Positions 32,225-41,726 of a DNA stretch of 64,000 bases are shown one piece after another (position 1 is the first letter of the stretch; each line of letters opens with the position of its first letter). Below the pieces are notes generated by a model. That model was not told where the DNA came from, did not search any database, and saw only the letters and a list, made by a program, of their open reading frames with translations. The stretch comes from an uncultured Pseudomonadota bacterium (GTDB taxonomy: Bacteria; Pseudomonadota; Alphaproteobacteria; JACZXZ01): NCBI GenBank assembly GCA_963749075.1, contig CAVVLJ010000017.1, positions 672,001-736,000 of the forward strand. The letters run 5' to 3'. A program made the position numbers and the translations under genes.

Positions 32225-33307
32225 ATTACCGGCCGGACGCAGGAGCCTACGCGGAGCTACCGGGACGCGGGCGTCGACATCGATGCGGGTGCCGCACTCG
32301 TGGAGGCGATCAAGCCCTTTGCGCGTGCCACGCGGCGCGCCGGCGCGGAGGCGGCACTCGGCGGCTTCGGCGCACTCTTCGACCTCAAGGCCGCGGGCTA
32401 CCGGGACGCCATCCTGGTGGCGACGACCGACGGGGTCGGCACCAAGCTCAAGGTCGCCATCGCCGCCGGCCGCCACGAGGGCGTCGGCATCGACCTCGTC
32501 GCCATGTGCGTCAACGACCTCGTCGTGCAGGGCGCCGAGCCGCTCCTCATGCTCGATTATTTCGCGACGGGCAAGCTCGACGTGGCGCTCGGCGCGGCGG
32601 TGGTCAAGGGCATTGCCGCAGGCTGCCGCGAGGCGGGCTGCGCGCTCATCGGCGGCGAGACCGCGGAGATGCCCGGCATGTACCGGGAGGGCGACTACGA
32701 CCTCGCGGGCTTTGCGCTCGGCGCCGTCGAGCGCGGCAAGGTGCTGAGCGGCGAAGGCGTTGCCGTGGGCGACGTGGTGCTCGGCCTCGCCGCCTCGGGC
32801 GTGCATTCGAACGGCTTCTCGCTGGTGCGCCGCATCGTGGCCGAGAGCGGCCTCGGCTACGGCGACCCCGCACCCTTTGCCGCCGCGGGCACGCTCGCGG
32901 AGGCGCTCCTTGTGCCCACGCGCATCTACGTGCGGAGCTGCCTCGCCGCCGCGCGCGCGGGCCTCCTCCAGGCGCTCGCCCACATCACCGGCGGCGGCCT
33001 TCTCGAGAACATCCCGCGCGTGCTGCCTCAAGGGACCGGCGTCGAGCTCGACGCCGCGGCCTGGCCGCTGCCGCCGGTGTTCCACTGGCTCAGGGAGCGC
33101 TCGGGCATCGCCGCGCACGAGCTCGCGCGCACCTTCAACTGCGGCATCGGCATGGCGGCGATCGTCCACCCAGCCGACGCCGGTGCTGCTAAGCGCATCC
33201 TCGAGGCGGGCGGCGAGACCGTCTATCCCATCGGGCGCGTGGTGAGCCTGGCCGCGCCAGCACCCGCGGTCGTCATCCGCGGCATGGACGCCGCGTGGCG
33301 CGGCTGA
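32225..33307 (+). CDS. purM: Phosphoribosylformylglycinamidine cyclo-ligase; apparent ATT start
   Basis: [63 protein letters not shown]. Confidence 0.96.
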   Translation: MTGRTQEPTRSYRDAGVDIDAGAALVEAIKPFARATRRAGAEAALGGFGALFDLKAAGYRDAILVATTDGVGTKLKVAIAAGRHEGVGIDLVAMCVNDLVVQGAEPLLMLDYFATGKLDVALGAAVVKGIAAGCREAGCALIGGETAEMPGMYREGDYDLAGFALGAVERGKVLSGEGVAVGDVVLGLAASGVHSNGFSLVRRIVAESGLGYGDPAPFAAAGTLAEALLVPTRIYVRSCLAAARAGLLQALAHITGGGLLENIPRVLPQGTGVELDAAAWPLPPVFHWLRERSGIAAHELARTFNCGIGMAAIVHPADAGAAKRILEAGGETVYPIGRVVSLAAPAPAVVIRGMDAAWRG

Positions 33308-33951
33308 GGACAGGGGTCCTCGTCTCCGGGCGCGGCAGCAACCTGCAGGCGCTCATCGACGCCGCGGCGGCGCCGGGCTATCCGGCTGAGATCGTGCTGG
33401 TGATCGCGAACGAGGCGGACGCCCAGGGACTCGCCCGCGCGGCACGCGCCGGCATCCCGGCGCAGCTGATCGAGCATCGCAAGTTCGCCGGCCGCGAGGC
33501 GTTCGAGGCGGCCCTCGACCAGGCGCTCCGCGCGAGCCGCGTCGAGTTCGTGTGCAACGCGGGTTTCATGCGCATCCTGACGGCCGGCTTCGTCGCGGCC
33601 TGGCGCGACAGGCTCGTCAATATCCATCCCTCCCTTCTCCCCGCCTTCCCGGGTCTCGGCACCCACGCGCGGGCACTTGCGGCCGGCGTGCGCATCCACG
33701 GCTGCACCGTGCATTTCGTGCGCGAAGCGCTCGACGACGGCCCCATCATCGTCCAGGCGGCCGTGCCCGTGCTCGCGGACGACGACGAGGCGGCGCTCGC
33801 CGCGCGCGTCCTCGCCGCCGAGCACCGCATCTATCCCATGGCGCTCAAGCTCATCGCGGAAGGGCGCGTGCGCGTGGAGGGCGGGCGCGTGGCGATCGAC
33901 GGCGCCAGCCCGCCCGCGGGCATGCTGCTCAGCCCGGCGGAGGAGAGCTAG
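33295..33951 (+). CDS. purN: Phosphoribosylglycinamide formyltransferase
   Basis: [37 protein letters not shown]. Confidence 0.96.
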   Translation: MARLRTGVLVSGRGSNLQALIDAAAAPGYPAEIVLVIANEADAQGLARAARAGIPAQLIEHRKFAGREAFEAALDQALRASRVEFVCNAGFMRILTAGFVAAWRDRLVNIHPSLLPAFPGLGTHARALAAGVRIHGCTVHFVREALDDGPIIVQAAVPVLADDDEAALAARVLAAEHRIYPMALKLIAEGRVRVEGGRVAIDGASPPAGMLLSPAEES

Positions 33952-35279
33952 GCGCCCTCGTCGTACTCCGCCGAGATGTCCTTGCCGGTATAGTCCGGCA
34001 TCAGACCCGCCGAGACCAGACTTATCACCGCGCAGGCGGCGATGTAGATGGCGATGGCGTAGCCCGTGTGGTAGGCGGCGAAGAGCGCCGTCGCGACGAG
34101 CGGCGCCGGACCGCCGGCGATGACCGAGGCGAGCTGGTAGCCGAGCGACGAGCCGCTGTAGCGCAGGCGAGGCGTGAAGGCCTCGGCGATCAGTGCTGCC
34201 TGCGGGCCGTACTGCATATCGTGCGGGATGAGCGAGAGCACGATCGCGATGAACACGGCGGAAGGAATGGCCGTGTCCAGCATGCCGAAATAGAGGAAGC
34301 CGAAGAGGCCGGTGACCGCGGCGCCGATCAAGTACATCTTGCGCCGGCCGATCTTGTCGGAGATATGGCCGAAGAGCGGGATGGAGACGAACGACACGCA
34401 CGAGGCCACGAGCACGGCGACGAGGATCATGTTCCGCGACATCTTCAGCGTGCCGACGCCGTAGGCGAAGACGAAGGCGGTGAAGATGTAGAACGGCGCC
34501 TGCTCGGCCATGCGCAGCAGGGCGGAGAGGATGATCTCGCGCGGCTGCCGCTTGATCACCTCGAGGATCGGCGCCTTCTCGATCTTCTTCTCCGCGACGA
34601 GCTTCCGGAAGGTCGGCGTCTCGAGGATGCCGAGCCGGATCCAGATGCCGATGCCGATCAGGATGACGCTGAGGGCGAATGGCACGCGCCAGCCCCAGGC
34701 CAGGAAATCGGCACCCGACCAGGCGCTGAACCCGAGGATCACGAGGTTCGCCAGGAAGAGGCCCGACGGCACGCCGAATTGCGGCCACGAGGCGACGAGG
34801 CCGCGGCTGCCGTGGGTGCGCGCCCATTCCATCGCGATCAGGACCGAGCCGCCCCATTCGCCGCCGACGCCGATGCCTTGGAGCGCGCGCAGCACGGTCA
34901 GGATGACGGCGCCCCAGATGCCGATCGAGGCGTAGCTCGGCACGAACGCCACGAGGACGGTGGAAATACCCATCAGCAGCAGCGTGGCGATGAGCGTCGC
35001 CTTGCGGCCGATGCGGTCGCCGTAATGCCCGAAGATCGCGGCGCCGATCGGCCGGCCGACGAAGCCGACGAAGTAGGTGCTGAACGCCAACAGCGTTCCG
35101 GTCAGCGGATCCTCGTTGGGAAAGAAGAGCTTCGGAAAGACCAGCCCGGCGGCGGTGCCGTAGATGAAGAAGTCGTACCACTCGATGGTGGTGCCGACCG
35201 TTGCGGCGATCACCGCCTTGCGCAATTCCGCGCTGTGCTCGCTGGCCGAGAGCTTGTCGTACGTGGCCGTGCTGGACAT
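33948..35279 (-). CDS. MFS transporter, MHS (ShiA-like) family
   Basis: GTTIEWYDFF, RPIGA..FGH.GDRIGRK, QG.GVGGEWGG, WGWRVPF. Confidence 0.92.
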   Translation of the reverse strand: MSSTATYDKLSASEHSAELRKAVIAATVGTTIEWYDFFIYGTAAGLVFPKLFFPNEDPLTGTLLAFSTYFVGFVGRPIGAAIFGHYGDRIGRKATLIATLLLMGISTVLVAFVPSYASIGIWGAVILTVLRALQGIGVGGEWGGSVLIAMEWARTHGSRGLVASWPQFGVPSGLFLANLVILGFSAWSGADFLAWGWRVPFALSVILIGIGIWIRLGILETPTFRKLVAEKKIEKAPILEVIKRQPREIILSALLRMAEQAPFYIFTAFVFAYGVGTLKMSRNMILVAVLVASCVSFVSIPLFGHISDKIGRRKMYLIGAAVTGLFGFLYFGMLDTAIPSAVFIAIVLSLIPHDMQYGPQAALIAEAFTPRLRYSGSSLGYQLASVIAGGPAPLVATALFAAYHTGYAIAIYIAACAVISLVSAGLMPDYTGKDISAEYDEGA

Positions 35280-35391
35280 GGCTCCGTCCCCCCTCGATGC
35301 CGACAATCCCGTGGTCGTCGGGCTTATCCTTACCAGGATGTACCATTTCGCCCTTTCCAGCAAGACGAAGCCGGCTGGGCTGACGCGCGCG

Positions 35392-35425
35392 GCCGGCATT
35401 CATAGAGGGCCGGCATTCATAGAGG
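35392..35425. repeat. Perfect 17-bp tandem duplication in the divergent promoter region
   Basis: gccggcattcatagagg x2. Confidence 0.8.
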
Positions 35426-35526
35426 GGATGTCGGCTACAATGACGTCCGCACGCATCTCGCTCTTGGCAGCGGCGCGCGCCTCGGCCTTTTTGGAATCGC
35501 TATAAATTGGCGGCGGGGAGGAGAGC

Positions 35527-35973
35527 ATGGAGAGAACGGCAGACGGGCCAGTACTGCATCGCGGCCGCTGCCTGTGCGGTGCTGTCCGATACGAGGGTCG
35601 GGGAGATCCGGACTGGGTGGGGATCTGCCACTGCGAATCATGCCGGCGCGCGACGGGCGGCGCCCTCGTCGCCTGGTGCGGCTTCCCTCGCGAGCGCCTG
35701 GCGTTCGCAGGCGAATTGCCGGCCTACTACATGTCCTCGCCCGGGGTGCGCCGCGGCTTCTGCCGCCGGTGCGGCACCTCGCTGACCTACGAGAGCGAGC
35801 GCTGGCCGGCGGACGTGCATCTGATCGTCGGCAATTTCGAGCATCCGGAGGCCCTGGCGCCGCAATTCCACGTCTTTGCCGCCGAGCGCCTGCCCTGGCT
35901 CCATCTCGCCGACGGCTTGCCGCGCTACCGTACCGTGCCGAGCGCGGGCGATCTCTTGGAGTCTGCTCCATGA
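35527..35973 (+). CDS. GFA/CENP-V family Zn protein
   Basis: G.CLCGAVRY, CHCESCRR, R.FC..CGT. Confidence 0.9.
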   Translation: MERTADGPVLHRGRCLCGAVRYEGRGDPDWVGICHCESCRRATGGALVAWCGFPRERLAFAGELPAYYMSSPGVRRGFCRRCGTSLTYESERWPADVHLIVGNFEHPEALAPQFHVFAAERLPWLHLADGLPRYRTVPSAGDLLESAP

Positions 35974-36108
35974 GACGAACGCGGGCCCGGCCGGCGGCGA
36001 CGGCGGAGAGCAGCCCCGCCTGAGCGCGCTTGCCCCTTGCCGGCCGAGGCCGCCGTCGGGCAATATGCCGGCGAAATTGCCTCACATCGCAGCAGAGCGA
36101 GCGCCGCA

Positions 36109-36231
36109 ATGTCCGCCGACTTCGATCTCCAGCCCCACCTCGACGCCTGGCACCGTTTCATCCGCATGGTCTTCTACGGCGCCGGGTTCGTGGTGACGGT
36201 GCTCGTTCTCCTGGCGATCTTCCTGCTTTAG
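36109..36231 (+). CDS. Small single-TM protein resembling aa3-type cytochrome c oxidase subunit IV
   Basis: 40 aa MSADFDLQPHLDAWHRFIRMVFYGAGFVVTVLVLLAIFLL fits the D...H...(W/Y)..F + TM pattern. Confidence 0.6.
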   Translation: MSADFDLQPHLDAWHRFIRMVFYGAGFVVTVLVLLAIFLL

Positions 36232-36240
36232 CGCGCAACG

Positions 36241-36663
36241 CTAACCGACGATCTCCAGCCCGCTGAAGAAGAAGGCGATCTCGCCCGCCGCCGTCTCGGG
36301 CGCGTCGGAGCCGTGCACCGAATTGGCCTCGATCGATTCCGCGAAGTCCTTGCGGATGGTGCCCGGTGCGGCATTGGCCGGATTGGTGGCACCCATGACC
36401 TCGCGGTTGCGGGCCACCGCATTCTCGCCCTCGACCACCTGGACCACCACGGGCCCCGAGCTCATGAACGCCGTGAGGCTCGCGAAGAACGGCCGCTCCT
36501 TGTGCACGGCATAGAAGCGCTCTGCGTCCGCCAGGCTGAGCCTGAGGCGCTTCTGGGCCACGACGCGCAGGCCCGCCTCCTCGAGGCGGGCGTTGATCCT
36601 GCCGGTCAAGTTGCGCCGCGTCGCATCGGGCTTGATGATGGAAAGCGTGCGCTCCACTGCCAT
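36241..36663 (-). CDS. ndk: Nucleoside diphosphate kinase
   Basis: [39 protein letters not shown]. Confidence 0.98.
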   Translation of the reverse strand: MAVERTLSIIKPDATRRNLTGRINARLEEAGLRVVAQKRLRLSLADAERFYAVHKERPFFASLTAFMSSGPVVVQVVEGENAVARNREVMGATNPANAAPGTIRKDFAESIEANSVHGSDAPETAAGEIAFFFSGLEIVG

Positions 36664-36777
36664 GGGGACCTCGATCTCAGCACTCCGCGCAGGGCCGGCC
36701 GCCGTGCGCCGCCGGGCTTATAGACGCCTTGAGCCGCAAGGGCAACCGCTGTATCACCCGGGACCGAGGACCCCACC

Positions 36778-38679
36778 ATGCTGCAGATCGGCGAGCTCAC
36801 CTATCGCGTCGGCGGCCGCGCGCTCTTCGAGCGCGCGAGCGCCGTCATTGCCGACGGCGCGCACGTCGGCCTCGTCGGCCGCAACGGCGCCGGCAAGACG
36901 ACGCTCTTGCGCCTCATCGCGGGCGAGCTCGAGCCCGACGGCGGCGACGTCCGGCTCTCGCCGGGCTTGCGCCTCGGCGTCGTCGCCCAGGAGCTTCCTG
37001 CGCTCGCCCAGAGCCTCCTCGATTTCGTCCTCGCGGCCGACCGGGAGCGCACCGCTCTCCTCGCCGAGGCCGAGCGTGCGCGCGAGCCCCAGCGCATCGC
37101 CGACATCCACCACCGGCTGGCCGACATCGAGGCCCACCGCGCCGCCCCGCGCGCGGCGCGCATCCTGGCAGGTCTCGGCTTCGACGAGGCGGCGCAGCGC
37201 CGGCCGCTCAGCGACTTCTCGGGCGGCTGGCGCATGCGCGTGGCGCTCGCGGCGGCACTCTTCGCCGCCCCCGACCTCCTCCTCCTCGACGAGCCGACCA
37301 ACCACCTCGATCTCGAGGCGACGCTCTGGCTCGAGTCCTATCTCGCGGGCTATCCGCACACGGCGATCGTGGTGAGCCACGACCGCGAGCTCCTCAACAA
37401 GGTGGCGGGCGCCATCCTGCACGTCGACGCCGGCAAGCTCGTGCTCTACAGCGGCGGCTACGACCGCTTCGAGCGCACCCGGCGCGAGCGCCTCGCCTTT
37501 CAGCAGGCACTCTCCGAGCGCCAGGCGGCCGAGCGCCGCCGCATCCAGGCCTTCGTCGACCGCTTCCGCGCCAAGGCCAGCAAGGCGCGCCAGGCGCAGA
37601 GCCGGCTCAAGGCGCTGGCACGCATGGAGCCCATCGCCGCCGTCGCCGAGGAGGAGGCGCCGAGCTTCGATTTCCCGAGCCCCGAGGCGCTGGCGCCGCC
37701 GCTCCTGGCGCTCGACAGGGTCGCCGTCGGCTATGCGCCGGATGCCCCGGTGCTCGAGCGGCTCTCGCTGCGCATCGACCCGGACGACCGCATAGCCCTC
37801 CTCGGCGCCAACGGCAACGGCAAGTCGACGCTCGTCAAGCTGCTCGCCGGCCGCCTCAAGGCCTTGAGCGGCACGCGCCGCGCGCCGGGCAAGCTGCGCA
37901 TCGGCTATTTCGCCCAGCACCAGGCGGACGAGCTCGAGCTCGAGGCGACGCCTTTCGACCACATGCGCCACCTCATGCCCAAGGCGGAGGAGGCCGCGGT
38001 GCGCGCCCAGCTCGGCCGCTTCGGCTTCGCCCAGGCGCGCGCCGAGGTCAAGGTGGCGGGCCTCTCGGGCGGCGAGAAGGCGCGGCTCCTCTTCGCCCTC
38101 ATGAGCCGCTCAGCACCGCACCTCATGCTGCTCGACGAGCCGACCAACCATCTCGACATCGACGCCCGCGAAGCGCTCGTCGAGGCGCTCAACGCCTATG
38201 AGGGGGCGGTCGTGCTAGTGAGCCACGACCCGCACCTCATCGAGCTCGTCGCCGAGCGGCTGTGGCTCGTCGGCAATGGCACGGCAGTCCCTTACGACGG
38301 CGATCTCGAAGACTACCGGAGCGCCCTCCTCGACGAGCGGCGCGGCAGGCCGGAGGCGGGCGCGCGCGCCAAGGACGGCGAGGCCAAGGGCGGCCGCGCG
38401 AGAAAGCGGGAGCAGCGCCGCGCCGCCGCCTCATCACGCGCGGCGGTGGCCCACCTCAAGCGCGCGGCGGCGAGCGCCGAGCGGCGCGTGGCGGAGCTCA
38501 CCCGCGAGAAGGAGCAGCTCGAGGCGAAGCTCGCCGACCCTGCGGTCTACGCCGGGCCCACCGCCACGCTCCTCGCGCTGCAGCTCCGCCACGGCGAGAT
38601 CAAGGCGGCCCTCGCCGCGGCCGAGGAGGCCTGGCTCGCGGCGCAAGGCGGGATCGAGGAGGCGGGCGCCACCCCGTGA
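36778..38679 (+). CDS. ABC-F family ATPase (YheS-like)
   Basis: Two ABC domains (GRNGAGKT, FSGGWRMR, DEPTNHLD; GANGNGKS, LSGGEK), no TM helices, C-terminal coiled coil. Confidence 0.93.
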   Translation: MLQIGELTYRVGGRALFERASAVIADGAHVGLVGRNGAGKTTLLRLIAGELEPDGGDVRLSPGLRLGVVAQELPALAQSLLDFVLAADRERTALLAEAERAREPQRIADIHHRLADIEAHRAAPRAARILAGLGFDEAAQRRPLSDFSGGWRMRVALAAALFAAPDLLLLDEPTNHLDLEATLWLESYLAGYPHTAIVVSHDRELLNKVAGAILHVDAGKLVLYSGGYDRFERTRRERLAFQQALSERQAAERRRIQAFVDRFRAKASKARQAQSRLKALARMEPIAAVAEEEAPSFDFPSPEALAPPLLALDRVAVGYAPDAPVLERLSLRIDPDDRIALLGANGNGKSTLVKLLAGRLKALSGTRRAPGKLRIGYFAQHQADELELEATPFDHMRHLMPKAEEAAVRAQLGRFGFAQARAEVKVAGLSGGEKARLLFALMSRSAPHLMLLDEPTNHLDIDAREALVEALNAYEGAVVLVSHDPHLIELVAERLWLVGNGTAVPYDGDLEDYRSALLDERRGRPEAGARAKDGEAKGGRARKREQRRAAASSRAAVAHLKRAAASAERRVAELTREKEQLEAKLADPAVYAGPTATLLALQLRHGEIKAALAAAEEAWLAAQGGIEEAGATP

Positions 38680-38949
38680 GGCGGAGGCGCCTCGGCGAGC
38701 GGCCGCGCGCGCCGTCCCTTTTTTGTCCCTCGCACGCCGGCAGCGTTCAGCTTAGCTTGCTCATCGGCCTACGAAAGCGGCCGCGCCGGGCTGGCGCGAC
38801 TCGAGCGCTCCGTCCACGGATGCGTTGATGCCACAACGATTCAAGAGCGCGCGGTGCCGCGCAATCGAGAGGCAATGCTTGCGCGTGCGACTCCGGAAGA
38901 TTATACGGATTCGAGAGAACCCATTTTGCGACGTTCCGGGAGACCTGCG

Positions 38950-39180
38950 ATGAAGCGTATCCTCATCCCCGTGGTCCTGCTCGCCCTCCTGGGCACGGCG
39001 GCCTGCTCCGGCATGGACGATACCCAGCAGCGCACGCTTTCGGGCGGCACGGCCGGTGCCGTCGGCGGTGCCATCGGCGGTGCCTTGACCGGCTGCATCT
39101 GGTGCGGCGCCGTCGTCGGCGGCGCCGTGGGTGCCGCGGGCGGCTACGTCTACGACCAGGTGAAGAAGGGCGATCTCTAG
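38950..39180 (+). CDS. Small glycine-zipper lipoprotein
   Basis: MKRILIPVVLLALLGTAAC lipobox, GxxxG repeats. Confidence 0.8.
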   Translation: MKRILIPVVLLALLGTAACSGMDDTQQRTLSGGTAGAVGGAIGGALTGCIWCGAVVGGAVGAAGGYVYDQVKKGDL

Positions 39181-39206
39181 GCGCGCTGTGCCGCGGCAGC
39201 GCAGCC

Positions 39207-39674
39207 TCACGGTCTCGGCTGGCTCGGCATGGTGAAGACCGGGCTAACGAAGCGCTCTCCGCCTGGCGCCGTCGTGACGACGAACCTGAAGGGGCCGGCT
39301 CCGTAATAGAGGTTGGCGCGACAGGCGGCGACGCACTGGCCCGAGCAGCTGAAGCCGCGCCACGGCACGACGGTGAGAGCGGCTGCCGGGGCAATGCGCA
39401 CCGGGCCGTCAGGCGTCGTGCGCTCGCAACGCGCCACGGCGTTGAACTCCGTCAACACGGCGGTCCAGCCGCCGCCCTCCCTGGCCTCCACCGCGATCTT
39501 CGCCTGAATCTCGACGGGCGCGGTGCCGGGATTGACGATCCGTAGACCTCCATAATGCGCCGTCAACTCGAGGCGGAGCTCCGGCGGCGCCTGGCTCAGC
39601 ACCTGGCTTGGCGGCATCACCCAGGCGGCGGCCGCAAGGACGGCGCTCAGCGCCGCACGTCGAAGAGCGGCCAT
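39207..39674 (-). CDS. Hypothetical secreted protein, 155 aa, four Cys
   Basis: MAALRRAALSAVLAAAAW signal-like N-terminus; WRGFSCSGQCVAACRAN motif; start overlaps the upstream gene by 28 nt. Confidence 0.7.
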   Translation of the reverse strand: MAALRRAALSAVLAAAAWVMPPSQVLSQAPPELRLELTAHYGGLRIVNPGTAPVEIQAKIAVEAREGGGWTAVLTEFNAVARCERTTPDGPVRIAPAAALTVVPWRGFSCSGQCVAACRANLYYGAGPFRFVVTTAPGGERFVSPVFTMPSQPRP

Positions 39675-40495
39675 CCGGTGGTCTCCCTGACGTTGGGCTT
39701 GCTCTCCTCCGCCGCGGCGATCTGATTGCAATTCTGGGCCTGGGGCGTCGTCAGCACGCCGACGAAGCGCGCGTCCGTCGGCCGGCCGGCGATCACATGG
39801 CCAACGTTGGCGGAATTTCCGCCGGGCACGGACCTTGCGACGGGCGACCCGGCGGCCGGCGGCAAGGTGAAGCTGCTCTGCCAATTCACGTTCCAATAGA
39901 GGTTCTGCAGGAAATGAAGCTGCCCCGGGCCGCGCAGAACGAGCGAGATGCAGAAGGCGAACTCGAGCTGGCACTCGAACAAAAAATTCATTTGCCCGGT
40001 CGTGCCGTTCGTCCGGGTATAGGCGAAGAAGTCGCCGGGAAAGTCGCGGTGGATGACGCTGAGCGTCAAGGGAAACGTCGGCTTGGCGGGCAACGAGGCG
40101 ACGAACGGCAGCGCCGGACCGCCGGTGACCGGGATTGCCGTCGCCGGCGACGCGCCGGTGCCGTAGAACGGCGCTCCTGCCGTCAGGCAGTCGAAGCACG
40201 CCTGATGAGGCCGCGCCGGCGGCCGTGCGCGCTGGAGGAAGGCACTGCCGTCCTTCTCGGTGCGCCCGCGGTAGGCGGCCCAGTTCGTCTCGATCCATTG
40301 AGCCTGCAGGAAACCCAGGGCCCAGCCGGTTCCGATGTCGCCGGCGGCGCCGTGGAGCGTCGCCGTCCCGACGGCCTCGATGCCGGTCTGGAGGCTGAAG
40401 GAGGCGCCCGACTGGCCGCCCGACGTGGTGGTCGCGACCGGCGCCAACGACGGCCGCTGGGTCACCTTGAATTGAGACGGCGCGACCGTAATCAT
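39647..40495 (-). CDS. Hypothetical 282-aa protein with FAM78-like motif series
   Basis: Strong SD (GGAGGAGG), protein-like composition, WALGFLQA / D...PFYG / LQNLYW motifs. Confidence 0.75.
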   Translation of the reverse strand: MITVAPSQFKVTQRPSLAPVATTTSGGQSGASFSLQTGIEAVGTATLHGAAGDIGTGWALGFLQAQWIETNWAAYRGRTEKDGSAFLQRARPPARPHQACFDCLTAGAPFYGTGASPATAIPVTGGPALPFVASLPAKPTFPLTLSVIHRDFPGDFFAYTRTNGTTGQMNFLFECQLEFAFCISLVLRGPGQLHFLQNLYWNVNWQSSFTLPPAAGSPVARSVPGGNSANVGHVIAGRPTDARFVGVLTTPQAQNCNQIAAAEESKPNVRETTGWPLFDVRR

Positions 40496-40624
40496 GCCCT
40501 CCTCCCTTGATCGTTCTCAACGCGGCGACGCCGTGCCCCCGGCCGCACATGGCGCACGCACGGGAGGTCCCCCAGGATAGCACCGTGGAAGCGATGGGCG
40601 ACAGCGCCGGTCGAAACGGCCGGC

Positions 40625-41224
40625 TCAGGCGCGCGGCTCGGACGCCCGCTTGGTGAAGCGCCACACGACGGCCGGCGGCACGTTGAGCCACGCCGTGCCG
40701 ACGCGCATGGCACGCCAGCCCCATTCCGCGAGCTTCTCCCGGCGCACCGGCGATTTCGGCCCATAGGTGTATTGGATGAAGGCGCCCGAGTCGTCGAGCA
40801 GGGCGCGCGACTCGGCGAGCACGGCCGCTTGCTGGCGCTCCCCCATGGCGAGGAAAGGGAGGCTCGAGACCACGGCCGCCAGGCGCTCGATGCCGCGCTC
40901 CCGGAGCGCTTGCCCGAGGCTCGCGGCATCGCAGCGCACGATGGCGAGGTTGGGAAAGCGCTTCTGGAGCAGGCGATAGAGCACGCCGTCGCGCTCGACG
41001 ACCATGAGGCGCTCGGCCGGCAGCCCGGTTGCGAGAAGTGCCGCCGTGATGGCGCCCGTGCCGCCGCCGAGCTCGACCACCATGCCCGGCCGCTGCGGGT
41101 CGATCTGGCGCGCCATCAGCCGCGCCAACGCCGCACCGCTCGGCACGATCGACGCCGTCTTGAGGGGATTGCGCAGCCAACGGGCGAAGAAGATGCCGTC
41201 GGTCTTGTCGAGCAGCCTTGCCAT
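40625..41224 (-). CDS. pmtA: Phospholipid N-methyltransferase (rhizobial PmtA type)
   Basis: W..NPL...SIVPS, VELGGGTG.IT, VVSSLP, FIQYTYG, N.PPA.VW. Confidence 0.8.
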   Translation of the reverse strand: MARLLDKTDGIFFARWLRNPLKTASIVPSGAALARLMARQIDPQRPGMVVELGGGTGAITAALLATGLPAERLMVVERDGVLYRLLQKRFPNLAIVRCDAASLGQALRERGIERLAAVVSSLPFLAMGERQQAAVLAESRALLDDSGAFIQYTYGPKSPVRREKLAEWGWRAMRVGTAWLNVPPAVVWRFTKRASEPRA

Positions 41225-41233
41225 GCGCGATGC

Positions 41234-41683
41234 CTATCCCCTGCGCTCCCACTTGCCGCGCGCGTCCTGCTGCCAATAGACGACCTCGTGGCCGGCCTCC
41301 TTGTAGCTCTGCCAGCGCAGCCGCGACGCGGCCACGGCGGCGGCGTCGTTGCCGTCGAAGAGCTCGAGGCAGCGCGCGAAGCGGGCCACGTCGGCCGAGC
41401 GCGCGCCATCCGCCAGCACCAGGATCTCCGCCCCGTTCGGGTTCTCGTCGCTCTCGGTGAGCCAGACCGGCTGCTCGGCGGCGCTGCCGTCGCGGGCGCT
41501 GCCGTGCGGCAGGAAGCTGCGCTCCTCGTAGGTCCAGAGGAGATTGTCCACCGCCTCGACGCGCTCCTTGGAGCCGAGCATCACGACCGCGCGCTTGCCC
41601 GCGGCGAGCACCTTCTCGAGGAGTGCCGGCAGCGCCGCCTCGAGGCGCTGGCGCTGCAAGTGGTAGAACCAGACCTCGCTCAC
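41234..41683 (-). CDS. holC: DNA polymerase III subunit chi
   Basis: FYHL, LP.LLEK, LWTY...SFLPHG, QPVWL, FDGND, YWQQ; downstream of pepA. Confidence 0.93.
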   Translation of the reverse strand: MSEVWFYHLQRQRLEAALPALLEKVLAAGKRAVVMLGSKERVEAVDNLLWTYEERSFLPHGSARDGSAAEQPVWLTESDENPNGAEILVLADGARSADVARFARCLELFDGNDAAAVAASRLRWQSYKEAGHEVVYWQQDARGKWERRG

Positions 41684-41726
41684 CTCGCCTCCGGGGAGCG
41701 GCGGAGGGCGCACCGCGGCACCGCCC

